This document shows positions 1 through 11,179 of a stretch of 42,082 nt of DNA, in pieces. Made by a program: the position numbers and the translations under genes. The DNA lies in the NCBI GenBank assembly GCA_045580585.1, contig JAZNOD010000135.1:1-42082 (forward strand), in the 5' to 3' direction. Under the pieces are notes generated by a model that worked only from the letters and a program-made list of their open reading frames with translations, did no database searches and was not told where the DNA came from. The first letter of the stretch is position 1; every line of letters begins with the position of its first letter. Origin of the DNA: Eubacteriales bacterium (GTDB lineage Bacteria; Bacillota; Clostridia; Oscillospirales; CAG-272).

Positions 1-1268
1 GTCATCGGTCCGCTCGCAACTCCGCCCGAGTCAAATGCGACACCGGTATAGAGTCTTGGAACAAAGAAGCTTATCGCAAGCGAGATCACATAACCGCCGA
101 TCATAAACGGCAGTATCGGAATACCGGTGAGCACTCGAAGCATCGCAATACCTACAGAAACCGCAACACCGACTGAAAGTCCTGTTCCGATAGTTTTCTG
201 TGTTATAGTGCCGTTTGAAATCTCTTCAACCTGCTTTTTGAGAACATGTACCGCCGGCTCCGCAACAACGGTAAACCAACCAACAAGCATGCCAACGGGA
301 ATGAGCACATATTTGAAATCGCTCGCCGCCAATGTCTCACCGATCAGTTGACCGGCGGGCATGAAGCCGACATTTGCCCCCGTTAAAAAGAGCACGAGTC
401 CCACGTATGTATAGATAAAACCGATAATCGCTTTTGGCAGCGCGTTGCCGTGAAAGCGTCTGAATATGAGCTGGAACAGCACAAATACTACCACGATAGG
501 CAGAAATGCTACCAGCATTTCGTATGCGTAGTGCGGAAGCTGTTTTGCTATCATCACAAACGCATCGCGCGTTGTATGTATATCAGAGATAGGATTTACC
601 GTTGCCGTTGCTTCCGGCGTAAAGAATATGCTGAGCACGAGCACCGACATAATGGGGCCAACACTCGCAAATGCAACTGTACCAAAGCTCTCCTCGCCAT
701 GATGTGAACCGGTAAGCGTTGCCATACCGGCACCAAGTGCCATTATAAACGGTACTGTTATAGGTCCCGTTGTAACTCCGCCCGAGTCAAACGCCGCCGG
801 AATAAACTCGCTCGGCGCGAACATAACGAGTATCATCACAATGAGGTAAAACAAAATAAGCAGATAATTAAGTCTGAATCCGAATTTTGTTCTGAGCATG
901 GACACCACAATAAACAGTCCGACACCGATGGCGACCGACATGATAAGCACCATATTCGGCACTGACGGTATCTGCTCGGCAAGCACCTGCAGATCGGGTT
1001 CAGCTATCGTGATGAGCACGCCCATCACAAAGCAAACGATGAGATTGAGCCAGGTTTTCTTCGACTTCGACATAACGACACCGATGCCCTCACCAAGCGG
1101 CTGCATAGACATTCCGGCACCAAGCGTAAAGAGGCTCATGCCGAATATGAGCGCAAGCGCACCGAGAATAAACAGCGTCATTATGCCGGGATCGATCGGC
1201 GCGATAGTTACGCTGAGGACCAAAACTATCGCCGTTATCGGAAGCACGGAAGAAAATGACTCATTCAT
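1..1268 (-). CDS. DUF1538-family integral membrane protein (partial; C-terminus lies beyond the window start)
   Basis: Manual minus-strand translation from ATG 1268-1266 gives an uninterrupted multi-TM protein (MNESFSSVLPITAIVLVLSV...). It contains two AFDSGGV(T/A)(T/S)GP motifs typical of DUF1538. It has no stop inside the window, which explains its absence from the ORF track. The plus-strand ORFs 127-1314 are antisense to it. Confidence 0.8.
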   Translation of the reverse strand, partial: MNESFSSVLPITAIVLVLSVTIAPIDPGIMTLFILGALALIFGMSLFTLGAGMSMQPLGEGIGVVMSKSKKTWLNLIVCFVMGVLITIAEPDLQVLAEQIPSVPNMVLIMSVAIGVGLFIVVSMLRTKFGFRLNYLLILFYLIVMILVMFAPSEFIPAAFDSGGVTTGPITVPFIMALGAGMATLTGSHHGEESFGTVAFASVGPIMSVLVLSIFFTPEATATVNPISDIHTTRDAFVMIAKQLPHYAYEMLVAFLPIVVVFVLFQLIFRRFHGNALPKAIIGFIYTYVGLVLFLTGANVGFMPAGQLIGETLAASDFKYVLIPVGMLVGWFTVVAEPAVHVLKKQVEEISNGTITQKTIGTGLSVGVAVSVGIAMLRVLTGIPILPFMIGGYVISLAISFFVPRLYTGVAFDSGGVASGPM

Positions 1269-1339
1269 TTTTTCCTTAAAAATCAGAAACACCCCCTTGA
1301 AATTTGCACATTGAAGGGGTTTCAACGCACACTGTTATT

Positions 1340-1368
1340 ATTGTACCATATATAAAAATAAATTGCAA
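1340..1368 (-). promoter_or_regulatory. putative sigma-A promoter of the DUF1538 gene
   Basis: Minus strand TTGCAA (1368-1363), 17-nt spacer, TACAAT (1345-1340). Confidence 0.45.
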
Positions 1369-1396
1369 GGATTTGATTGTTGCAAAACTGTAAATT

Positions 1397-1432
1397 AAGC
1401 AAAAGAACCGCTGTCACACAGACAGCGGTTCT
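1397..1432 (-). terminator. rho-independent terminator of the atp operon
   Basis: 12-bp perfect stem agaaccgctgtc / gacagcggttct (1404-1415 / 1421-1432) followed on the minus strand by a TTTTGCTT tail. It lies 4 nt after the atpC stop. Confidence 0.8.
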
Positions 1433-1435
1433 CTG

Positions 1436-1693
1436 CTATTTCCATTTAAATCCACTTGCAAGAAGCGTAACGTCATCTCCAACTGCGAGAAGACCGCCCT
1501 CTAAGGTGCCGACACGCTCATCTCCGGTTGGAAGAAGTATGCGGCAGTTGCAAGGCTTCAGTGCCGTCATAAACGGCACATGACCTGCCATCACGGCAAG
1601 CTCACCCTCAAGTCCGCGCACATCGAGCTTCACAGCATCCTCGGAAAAAATATCTCCGTCGGGTGTGGATATTTTAAGAGTAAATACGTTCAT
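1436..1693 (-). CDS. atpC: F1 ATP synthase epsilon subunit, N-terminal beta-sandwich domain only (85 aa)
   Basis: Last gene of the atp operon. Sequence MNVFTLKISTPDGDIFSEDAVKLDVRGLEGELAVMAGHVPFMTAL is typical of the epsilon N-domain. It ends at 85 aa, directly before the terminator. Confidence 0.85.
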   Translation of the reverse strand: MNVFTLKISTPDGDIFSEDAVKLDVRGLEGELAVMAGHVPFMTALKPCNCRILLPTGDERVGTLEGGLLAVGDDVTLLASGFKWK

Positions 1694-1705
1694 ATCGCCA
1701 CTCCG

Positions 1706-3148
<1,443 letters not shown>

Positions 3149-3213
3149 TTATAACTACCCTCATCCGTCAAAGTTGCAAAGGCAACTTTGACACCTTCCC
3201 CCTAGGGAAGGCA

Positions 3214-4023
3214 TTACTCGCCTGCTCCGGCGACTATCTCTGTTATCTCCTGGGTTATCGCGCCCTGACGCGCACGGTTATATTTGAGCTGAAGATCATC
3301 AATCATAGCCGTTGCATTCTTTCCGGCGCTGTCCATTGCCATTCGCCTTGCCGCAATTTCAGAGGCAAAGCTCTCGCGAATAGCGCACATGAGCATTCCC
3401 GACACATATTCCGGAATTGCCGCATCAAGCACGCTTCGCTCATCCGGCTCAAATATCATACCGGTTGACTGAGCATTATCCGCACGCTTAAGCGGTAAAA
3501 TCCAATCTATCTCCGCGGTCTGCGTCATCATGGAAGCATACTTCGTGGAAATAATGCCAAGTCGGTCATATTCGCCTTTTACAAAGTCCTCGCACAGCGC
3601 TCTTGCAAGCTTATACGCATCCTTGGATGTGTATTTTTCCGACGAATTTTGCTCTTCGCCATATTTGTCGCACGCGCGCTTTCCTATCGGAATAAACTGT
3701 GCCCCAAAATAATTTGCCGCAAGTCTGAAAACATTAGCGTTGTATCCACCGGCAAGGCCTCTGTCGCCTGAGATAACAATTATACGTGTGCGGGAAATAT
3801 CATCACCGCGAATCTGCATATACGCACTCTTTTGACATTCCGCAGAAGCACAAAGTGCACCGATAAAGCTATCAAGAGATGCCTTATATTCACGGCCCTT
3901 TCTCATGCCCTCATTGGCACGGCGCATTTTCGAGGATGCCACAAGCCCCATCGCCTTTGTGAGGTGGAGCGTTGAGTCAACGCTTTTTATGCGCACCCGC
4001 AGTGCTTTTATATCAGCCCCCAC
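3214..4023 (-). CDS. atpG: F1 ATP synthase gamma subunit
   Basis: 269 aa. The N-terminus (IKALRVRIKSVDSTLHLTKAM) and the C-terminus (LQLKYNRARQGAITQEITEIVAGA) are typical of gamma. Operon position also fits. Confidence 0.93.
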   Translation of the reverse strand: MGADIKALRVRIKSVDSTLHLTKAMGLVASSKMRRANEGMRKGREYKASLDSFIGALCASAECQKSAYMQIRGDDISRTRIIVISGDRGLAGGYNANVFRLAANYFGAQFIPIGKRACDKYGEEQNSSEKYTSKDAYKLARALCEDFVKGEYDRLGIISTKYASMMTQTAEIDWILPLKRADNAQSTGMIFEPDERSVLDAAIPEYVSGMLMCAIRESFASEIAARRMAMDSAGKNATAMIDDLQLKYNRARQGAITQEITEIVAGAGE

Positions 4024-4025
4024 GA

Positions 4026-5552
4026 CTATGCACCTCTTGTTTCGTTAAGGTCGGTGCGAAGACGGTTAAGCTCGTTTATGGCTACCTCCAGCTCGTCGAT
4101 GTCCGACTGCTCCCAGAATCCTGCCTCCAGACGTGCAAGCAGGTCCACATACTTAGCCTCAAGCAGCTCATACAGTGCCTTTTCCCAAACGCTCACGTTC
4201 TTAACCGCAACGCCGTTAAGGAAGCCGTGAATAACCGCATAAACTATCGCCACCTGACATCCGACACGAACAGGACTGTTTCTTCCCTGCTTTAAGACTT
4301 CAACTATACGCTCACCGAGCGCAAGTCTTGCCTTGGTGTCTGCATCAAGGTCGCTTCCAAACTGCGCGAATGCTTTAAGCTCAAGATACTGCGAATATAA
4401 AAGCTTAAGCTCGCCCGAAACCTTTTTCATAGGCTTTAACTGTGCGGAACCGCCAACGCGGCTTACGGAAATACCGGGGTTTATAGCCGGCATAACACCG
4501 GAATGGAACAGCTCTGTTTCAAGGAATATCTGACCGTCTGTTATGGAAATTACGTTTGTCGGAATATACGCCGAAACGTCACCCGCCTGCGTTTCGATAA
4601 GCGGCAGTGCGGTTATTGAGCCTCCGCCGTATTCGGGTGCCACGCATGCCGCGCGCTCAAGAAGACGGGAATGGAGATAGAATACGTCACCGGGATATGC
4701 TTCTCTGCCCGGGGGACGTCTGATAAGGAGCGACAGTGCGCGGTATGCAACCGCGTGCTTTGAAAGGTCATCGTAAACGATAAGCACATCCTTGCCTTGC
4801 TCGCGGAAATATTCCGCCATAGCGCAGCCCGAATAGGGTGCGATATACTGCAGAGGAGCACTTTCCGACGCAGACGCGGCAACAATAGTGGTATATTCCA
4901 TAGCACCGCAGCGAGCAAGCTCATTTGCAATCTGCACCACGGATGTGTTCTTCTGACCTATAGCAACGTAAATACAGATAACGTTCTGTCCCTTTTGATT
5001 TATGATAGTGTCAATCGCGATTTCCGTTTTACCGGTCTGGCGATCGCCAATAATAAGCTCGCGCTGACCGCGTCCGATCGGTATCATGGAGTCTATTGCC
5101 TTGATGCCGGTCTGAAGCGGTACGGATACGCTTTTTCTCTCGATTATACCGGGAGCCTCCGACTCAACCGGGCGAGTAGCCGTGTATTCAATCGGGCCCT
5201 TGCCGTCAATCGGCTGACCGAGCGCGTCAACAACTCGTCCAAGCATAGCGTCACCGACAGGCACGGAAAGAACGTTTCCGGTACGCTTTACAGTAGAGCC
5301 CTCTCGGATACTGTTCTCGTTTGAGAGAAGTGCAACAGATACGGTTTCATTCTCAAGATTTTGCGCCATGCCGAAGCTTCCGTCGTCAAACTCCAAAAGC
5401 TCGTTTGCCATGCAGTTTTTGAGTCCGTACACACGTGCGATACCGTCACCGACCAAAACCACGCTTCCGGTTTCGGTCATTTCGATTTTCGCTTTATAGT
5501 TTTTGATTTGATCTTTTATTATATTTCCGATCTCATCGGGTCGAAGATTCAT
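4026..5552 (-). CDS. atpA: F1 ATP synthase alpha subunit
   Basis: 508 aa. Walker A GDRQTGKT and conserved alpha-subunit motifs. Confidence 0.97.
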   Translation of the reverse strand: MNLRPDEIGNIIKDQIKNYKAKIEMTETGSVVLVGDGIARVYGLKNCMANELLEFDDGSFGMAQNLENETVSVALLSNENSIREGSTVKRTGNVLSVPVGDAMLGRVVDALGQPIDGKGPIEYTATRPVESEAPGIIERKSVSVPLQTGIKAIDSMIPIGRGQRELIIGDRQTGKTEIAIDTIINQKGQNVICIYVAIGQKNTSVVQIANELARCGAMEYTTIVAASASESAPLQYIAPYSGCAMAEYFREQGKDVLIVYDDLSKHAVAYRALSLLIRRPPGREAYPGDVFYLHSRLLERAACVAPEYGGGSITALPLIETQAGDVSAYIPTNVISITDGQIFLETELFHSGVMPAINPGISVSRVGGSAQLKPMKKVSGELKLLYSQYLELKAFAQFGSDLDADTKARLALGERIVEVLKQGRNSPVRVGCQVAIVYAVIHGFLNGVAVKNVSVWEKALYELLEAKYVDLLARLEAGFWEQSDIDELEVAINELNRLRTDLNETRGA

Positions 5553-5595
5553 TTAGTTATGACCGTAACTTTTATAAAGTTTCCTTTCTTCGAAG

Positions 5596-6126
5596 TTAGT
5601 TGCCGATAGAATCGCCAATTTTGGCAAGCTTCGCCTTAAGACTCGCATCCATTATATTGCCGTCCGCCCTAACGATAAATCCGCCAAGAATTGACGTATC
5701 AACATCACAAACAAGCTCAACTTTGCGTGAAAGCTTTTTTTGAAGTTTTTCGCGAAGTGCATCAAGCTGAGCGTCACTAAACGGTGCCGCGCTTGTAACA
5801 TGCGCCGTAACAATACCGTCAGATGCCTCGTAAAGCTTTAAAAACTCTTCGGCACATTCAGAAAAATCACGTATGTGTCCGCGCTCACAAAGAAGCTTCA
5901 GAAATGACACGGCGTACTCGTGAAGAAATTCTCCAAACGCCTTGTCAATAAGCTCACAACGCTCGCACATCGGAATGTTCGGCGATGCGAGAAGGTCGGT
6001 GTACTCGATGTTTTCACTCATTATATCCCTAAGTGCCTTAACCGAGTCGGCGACCTCACGCTTAACATTTTGTTCTGCCGCAAGCGCAAAAAGTGCCTGC
6101 GAATATTCTTCTGCAATCTGTGTCAT
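5596..6126 (-). CDS. atpH: F1 ATP synthase delta (OSCP) subunit
   Basis: 176 aa in the operon position between b and alpha. OSCP-like sequence. Its start shares nucleotide 6126 with the atpF stop (ATGA overlap). Confidence 0.88.
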   Translation of the reverse strand: MTQIAEEYSQALFALAAEQNVKREVADSVKALRDIMSENIEYTDLLASPNIPMCERCELIDKAFGEFLHEYAVSFLKLLCERGHIRDFSECAEEFLKLYEASDGIVTAHVTSAAPFSDAQLDALREKLQKKLSRKVELVCDVDTSILGGFIVRADGNIMDASLKAKLAKIGDSIGN

Positions 6127-6626
6127 TATTCGTCACCGATACTGTTTATAGCGGAATCGATAAGTGCGCTGTGATCCTTTTCATTAACCTCGCGCTCGAT
6201 AAGCTTTCCCGCGATCATAGTAGACACCGCTGCAATCTCACGCTTCACGTCGGACTCCGCCTTCTTCTTGTCAAGCTCGATCTGCTCATGCGCCGCACGT
6301 ACAATTCCCTCGGCATCTTCTTTTGCCTCGGCAACGATACGAGCCGCATGTCGCTTCGCCTCATCTGCCGCATTTTTTCTCATTTCACTTGTCTCATGCT
6401 CGGCATGAGAAAGCTTTTCTTCGTATTCCGCCTGACTTGCAAGAGCTGCCGTCTTGGCTGCATCTGCCGCGGCATAGTCACTCTCGATAGCAGCACGCCG
6501 CTTATCAAGCACACTCTGTACCGGTTTAAAAAGAAACTTTTTGAAAATCAGAAACAGAATGAGCAGATTTGCAAGAGATGCGAGCATCTGCCATAGATTG
6601 ACGGAAATAACTTCCATATTGCCCAT
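6126..6626 (-). CDS. atpF: Fo ATP synthase b subunit
   Basis: 166 aa. A single N-terminal TM helix is followed by a long charged helical region (AEEKLSHAE..., KKKAESD...). Confidence 0.9.
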   Translation of the reverse strand: MGNMEVISVNLWQMLASLANLLILFLIFKKFLFKPVQSVLDKRRAAIESDYAAADAAKTAALASQAEYEEKLSHAEHETSEMRKNAADEAKRHAARIVAEAKEDAEGIVRAAHEQIELDKKKAESDVKREIAAVSTMIAGKLIEREVNEKDHSALIDSAINSIGDE

Positions 6627-6643
6627 TAAACTTCACCTGTATT

Positions 6644-6943
<300 letters not shown>

Positions 6944-6957
6944 TTATTTTCGTTTTA

Positions 6958-7863
6958 TTATTTTTCCGCTTTAGCGGCTTTTTTCGCTTTAAGAGCCTCC
7001 CAGTCGTCAACCGCAAATCCGCTTGACACATAAAGCATGGTCAGCATTGCGAATATAGACGCCTGCAGGCATCCGCTGAATATGTCGAAATACAGGGAAA
7101 ATACAGCGGGAATGCCCACCTGGAAGATTGGGATATCGGAAAGAAAACCAGGAAGCCAACCGAGTGCCATTTTCGACAGTCCCTGAAGCACTGCAGCAAT
7201 AAGCACCGATATAACACTTCCCGAGATAACGTTTCCGTAGTGACGCAAAGCCATCGAAACGGGTGTTGCAACTTCACTTATAATGTTAATCGGTGTAAGC
7301 GGCCACGGATTGCAGAAGCTAAGCGCGTAGTGAACGGGACCGCACTTCATTTTGTAATACGTGATAAGCACGAAAACGATTATTGCCCAGCCGCCAACGA
7401 TATTCATATCAGATGTCGGCGGATAAAGTCCGACAAGAGTTATAAGACTCGAAAGAGCCGAGAGTCCCATAATCGCGGCGATAAACGGTGGAAATCCGCC
7501 GAAGTATTTGTCCGCCCCCATGTTGGTGCGCACCATTGACTGCACTGTTTGAACAATCCATTCAGCCGCCATTTGCCGTTTTGTTTCAACTCCGGCACGA
7601 ATACCGTGAGTGAAATACAGACAAAGGAAGAAAAGCGTAATCATTACCGCCAATGAGTTAACCTGTGACTCGGTTATCGGGAAGTCCTGCAAGGGCATCG
7701 GAAGTATAAAAAATATCTGTGCACCGGCTATTTCTATACCGCTTCCTGCAGGCTTTGTCAGCACCTTTAAAATCATGGCGCTAAGGATCGGCAGTATCAT
7801 CATCGCAATGTAGAAAATATCTACCGCGCGGAAGGTCGAGGTTCTTTTACTGCTCATTTGCAT
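6958..7863 (-). CDS. atpB: Fo ATP synthase a subunit
   Basis: Polytopic membrane protein with the conserved stator arginine context SMALRHYGN. I prefer ATG 7863 as the start because GGAGG lies 6 nt upstream. Confidence 0.9.
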   Translation of the reverse strand: MQMSSKRTSTFRAVDIFYIAMMILPILSAMILKVLTKPAGSGIEIAGAQIFFILPMPLQDFPITESQVNSLAVMITLFFLCLYFTHGIRAGVETKRQMAAEWIVQTVQSMVRTNMGADKYFGGFPPFIAAIMGLSALSSLITLVGLYPPTSDMNIVGGWAIIVFVLITYYKMKCGPVHYALSFCNPWPLTPINIISEVATPVSMALRHYGNVISGSVISVLIAAVLQGLSKMALGWLPGFLSDIPIFQVGIPAVFSLYFDIFSGCLQASIFAMLTMLYVSSGFAVDDWEALKAKKAAKAEK

Positions 7864-8269
7864 TCTCACCTCCACTGCCCGCCGACTTTAAAAACATCGG
7901 ACGCAGCTTCACCGCAACGCTTGGGAACAAAAGCGGTATCAGCACAGCTATCACATCAAAGCACGGCACCAAAAATCCCACTACCATAAACGCCACAAGT
8001 AAAAAATTGCGAAGCGTCATGGAGAGCTTCATCAGATTCTTGGCTTCCTTTTCCTCCTTGGAAACCGCACTTTGAACGGTAAGGCCCATCAAGAAGAAAT
8101 TAAGCACTGCTGCGAATATGCCAAGCAGATTTCCGAGAAGCACGGTAATATTCCATTTACCGATAACAAGGAAGACAGCCTCCATTAAGACGGACAGTAT
8201 CAAAGTCCACGCCGCAACGTACACGGTTTCGCGGCGAACAACAGCATCTATTTTTTTCATAGTCGGCAA
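7847..8269 (-). CDS. atpI: ATP synthase protein I (AtpI-like small membrane protein)
   Basis: 140 aa with about four TM helices. It is the first gene of the atp operon. TTG start at 8269 with GGAGG 6 nt upstream. Confidence 0.75.
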   Translation of the reverse strand: MPTMKKIDAVVRRETVYVAAWTLILSVLMEAVFLVIGKWNITVLLGNLLGIFAAVLNFFLMGLTVQSAVSKEEKEAKNLMKLSMTLRNFLLVAFMVVGFLVPCFDVIAVLIPLLFPSVAVKLRPMFLKSAGSGGENANEQ

Positions 8270-8317
8270 GCGACACCTCCCAACACAACATTAACACAGT
8301 AAAATACATTAGTACAT

Positions 8318-8346
8318 AGTATATCATAAATTTTTCTCATTATCAA
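8318..8346 (-). promoter_or_regulatory. putative sigma-A promoter of the atp operon
   Basis: Minus strand TTGATA (8346-8341), 17-nt spacer, TATACT (8323-8318). Confidence 0.5.
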
Positions 8347-8392
8347 GAGTTTATACAGATTTTTTACGAAAAGTATACATAATCAAAACAGT

Positions 8393-8420
8393 AAAACGCC
8401 GTGGAGCACCACAGCGTTTT
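8393..8420 (-). terminator. rho-independent terminator after the ABC exporter gene
   Basis: Minus-strand hairpin aacgctgtgg-tgct-ccacggcgtt (10 bp including one G-U pair) followed by a U-rich tail. Confidence 0.6.
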
Positions 8421-8430
8421 TTACCATAAA

Positions 8431-10149
8431 TTATATTTTCTCTCTGAATTGCCCGGAGTGAAGTTGTGAATAGAGTCCTCCTGCGGCTACAAGCTCGTCA
8501 TGTGTTCCCTGCTCGATAATTTTGCCCTCGGATATGACCGCGATCTCGTCGGCATTCTTGATAGTTGACAAACGATGTGCAACAACTATTGTGGTACGTC
8601 CGCGGCAAAGCTCGTCAAGTGCTTCCTGAATCATTATTTCTGTTGTGTTGTCAAGTGCGCTCGTTGCCTCGTCGAGAATGAGTATAGGCGGATTTTTAAG
8701 GAATACTCTTGCAATGGAAAGTCTTTGCTTCTGTCCACCGGACAGGCGCACGCCCCTCTCGCCTATAACGGTTTCATATCCGTCGTCAAGAGTCATGATC
8801 CACTCGTGGATATTAGCACGCTTCGCGGCTTCGATAACCTCCTCCTCGGTAGCATCAAGTCTTCCGTAGAGGATGTTTTCACGAATCGACGCGTTGAAAA
8901 GGTAAATATCCTGCTGAACTATACCGATATTACGGCGAAGCGATTCGTTTTTGATCTTGTGGATCTCAACGCCATCGATAAGTATCTGTCCCGACTCGAC
9001 ATTGTAGAAGTGCGGAATGAGGTGACAAATCGTAGTCTTTCCGCCGCCCGACGGTCCGACAAGCGCAAATGTTTTGCCCTTGTCAATTGAAAGATTTACC
9101 CCTTTCAGTACGTCATGCTCGCCGTCGTATGCATATGTTACATTCTTAAACTCAATTTTGCCCTCGGCACTTCCGATATCAACCGCATCGGGAGCGTCAG
9201 CCTCAGGCTCGGCATCAATAATTTCGAGAAATCTCTCAAATCCCGTAACACCGTTCTGATATTGCTCCATGAAGTTTATCATCGTCATAACCGGAGTTAT
9301 GAAAACGCCGACAGACACCATAAACGTGGTATAGTCGCCAAGCTCTATCTTCCCGGCGTACAAAAACAGACCGCCGGCAATAAGCACGATTACGTTAAAA
9401 ATATCAGTGATAAACGATGTCGATGAGTGGAACTGCCCCATTGCCTTGTATGCCTTACGCCTTGCCTCGACAAAATCAACATTCCCCTCTTCAAACTTTT
9501 CCTGCTCCCGCTCGGCATTGGTAAAAGCTTTTGTGACACGTATTCCCGAGATCGAGCTTTCAAGTGAAGCGTTTATCTGCGCTACGGACTGTCGGCTCTG
9601 AAGGAATGCAGCGCGCATTTTGCTGCGCAGTACCGTTGCAATTGCAAGTAAAAACGGAACAGCCACGAAAATGATCAGTGTAAGCCATATATTTATCGTG
9701 GAAAGATATATAAACGCAGTGATAACAGACACGCTGGATATCAGTATGTTTTCAGGGCCGTGGTGTGCAAGCTCGCTTATGTCCATAAGATCGTTTGTCA
9801 TACGGGACATTATTTTTCCGGTTTCGTGATTGTCGTAATAGCTATATGGAAGCTTTTCTAGATGACGGAACATGTCGGAGCGCATCTCTGCCTGCATGCG
9901 CACGCCCATTACGTGACCGTAATACTGTATAAAATAGTTGAGCAGCATGCGAACAACATATAAAAGCAGCAATGCCAGACCGAATATTACGATAAGGCGG
10001 TACTCGCGGTTGGGTATAAGGTCGTTGAGCATGGTGCGCGTAACCATGGGATAGACAATGCCAACCAGTGCGACCACGAGAGATGCCAGCATATCGAGCG
10101 TGAATATCTTCATATGCGGCTTATAATACGACAAAAATCTTTTTAACAT
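8431..10149 (-). CDS. ABC transporter, fused permease and ATP-binding protein (MsbA/multidrug-exporter type)
   Basis: 572 aa. N-terminal six-TM domain. C-terminal NBD with Walker A GPSGGGKTT, signature LSGGQKQR and Walker B ILILDEATSALD. Confidence 0.93.
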   Translation of the reverse strand: MLKRFLSYYKPHMKIFTLDMLASLVVALVGIVYPMVTRTMLNDLIPNREYRLIVIFGLALLLLYVVRMLLNYFIQYYGHVMGVRMQAEMRSDMFRHLEKLPYSYYDNHETGKIMSRMTNDLMDISELAHHGPENILISSVSVITAFIYLSTINIWLTLIIFVAVPFLLAIATVLRSKMRAAFLQSRQSVAQINASLESSISGIRVTKAFTNAEREQEKFEEGNVDFVEARRKAYKAMGQFHSSTSFITDIFNVIVLIAGGLFLYAGKIELGDYTTFMVSVGVFITPVMTMINFMEQYQNGVTGFERFLEIIDAEPEADAPDAVDIGSAEGKIEFKNVTYAYDGEHDVLKGVNLSIDKGKTFALVGPSGGGKTTICHLIPHFYNVESGQILIDGVEIHKIKNESLRRNIGIVQQDIYLFNASIRENILYGRLDATEEEVIEAAKRANIHEWIMTLDDGYETVIGERGVRLSGGQKQRLSIARVFLKNPPILILDEATSALDNTTEIMIQEALDELCRGRTTIVVAHRLSTIKNADEIAVISEGKIIEQGTHDELVAAGGLYSQLHSGQFREKI

Positions 10150-10182
10150 TTATGATAATTCTCCTGAAAATTTTACAAATAC

Positions 10183-10211
10183 ATTATACCACTTATAGAA
10201 AAAATCGGCAA
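10183..10211 (-). promoter_or_regulatory. putative sigma-A promoter of the ABC exporter gene
   Basis: Minus strand TTGCCG (10211-10206), 17-nt spacer, TATAAT (10188-10183). Confidence 0.45.
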
Positions 10212-10239
10212 GAAGTTTTTTCCATTATACACAAAAGAT

Positions 10240-11043
10240 TTACAATCCGCGATGAAAAAGCTTTGACGGAGCAACACCGTGATGTTTTTTAAACATTTTT
10301 GAGAAATTGAACACATCGGGATACCCCGTCATACTTGCTGTATCCGAAACGGAATACCCCCGCCCCAAAAACTCTGCCGCGTGCTTCATTCTGACAGACA
10401 TTATGTATTCCTGCACTGTAGCACCGTATTTTTGCTTAAAAATACGTGACAGATACTGCCGACTCACATGCATACCCCTTGCCAATTCCTCTACAGATAG
10501 GTGGTTCATATAGCTTCTCTCAATATAGCTCGCCGCACGTGATGCCATATCTGATTCGGACACCCGTGTGAAATTATCTTTTGCGAGCAGCTCCGCCATA
10601 AGAAAATACAGATTTCCAACCAAAAGTTCTTCCCGCATTTTTTCGCTGTTCACCGCATTTTGCATCTCAAAAAAGCGCCTTCTGCAGTCGCATGTCACAA
10701 CATCGGGAACGCCATCGAAAGCCTCGGCAAGCTTTCCCATAAATCCTATCCAGATGTAATGCCAAGGCTCCTCTTCATCCGCAACGTAATACGTAATTTC
10801 TCCGGGACGTATCAGGAAAAGCTGACCTTCTGAGAGCAAGTGTTCGCCGCGTTCATTTTTGAATTTTCCCTTTCCGGACAAAATGTAGTGCAAAAGATAA
10901 CAGTCGCGCACTGCAGGTCCAAAGGATTCCCCCGCGCCGCACCGCTCCCAACCAAACAGCACCGGATTTAGATCTTCAAAACCTCTGTCGTTTATAAAAA
11001 TATTCTCCGTATACTGTGATTTTTTTATTGTTTGTTTAAGCAT
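10240..11043 (-). CDS. AraC-family transcriptional regulator (cupin sensor domain plus HTH)
   Basis: 267 aa. The C-terminal AraC-type double HTH reads LSVEELARGMHVSRQYLSRIFKQKYG ... VSDTASMTGYPDVFNFSKMFKKHHGVAPS. It is divergent from the GH4 gene. Confidence 0.9.
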   Translation of the reverse strand: MLKQTIKKSQYTENIFINDRGFEDLNPVLFGWERCGAGESFGPAVRDCYLLHYILSGKGKFKNERGEHLLSEGQLFLIRPGEITYYVADEEEPWHYIWIGFMGKLAEAFDGVPDVVTCDCRRRFFEMQNAVNSEKMREELLVGNLYFLMAELLAKDNFTRVSESDMASRAASYIERSYMNHLSVEELARGMHVSRQYLSRIFKQKYGATVQEYIMSVRMKHAAEFLGRGYSVSDTASMTGYPDVFNFSKMFKKHHGVAPSKLFHRGL

Positions 11044-11179
11044 TTTAGAGTGCTCCTGAATTTCAGTATTGTTTACATTATAACATATTTCGGTTACATT
11101 GCGCCATTCACAATATCACCAAAATATGATATCATTTATTTGAAAGCATAAATAAAAACGCCAAAAAGGAGAATATGCA

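Noticed and set aside
127-1314. Plus-strand ORFs 127-351, 450-707 and 898-1314.
   Set aside because: They are antisense to the continuous DUF1538 reading frame, have compositionally odd translations, and lack RBSs.
1292-1320. Hairpin (cccctt/aagggg) in the 5' UTR of the DUF1538 gene, considered as a riboswitch or attenuator.
   Set aside because: The UTR is only about 70 nt with a single 6-bp stem. It has no recognisable riboswitch core and no clean U-tract.
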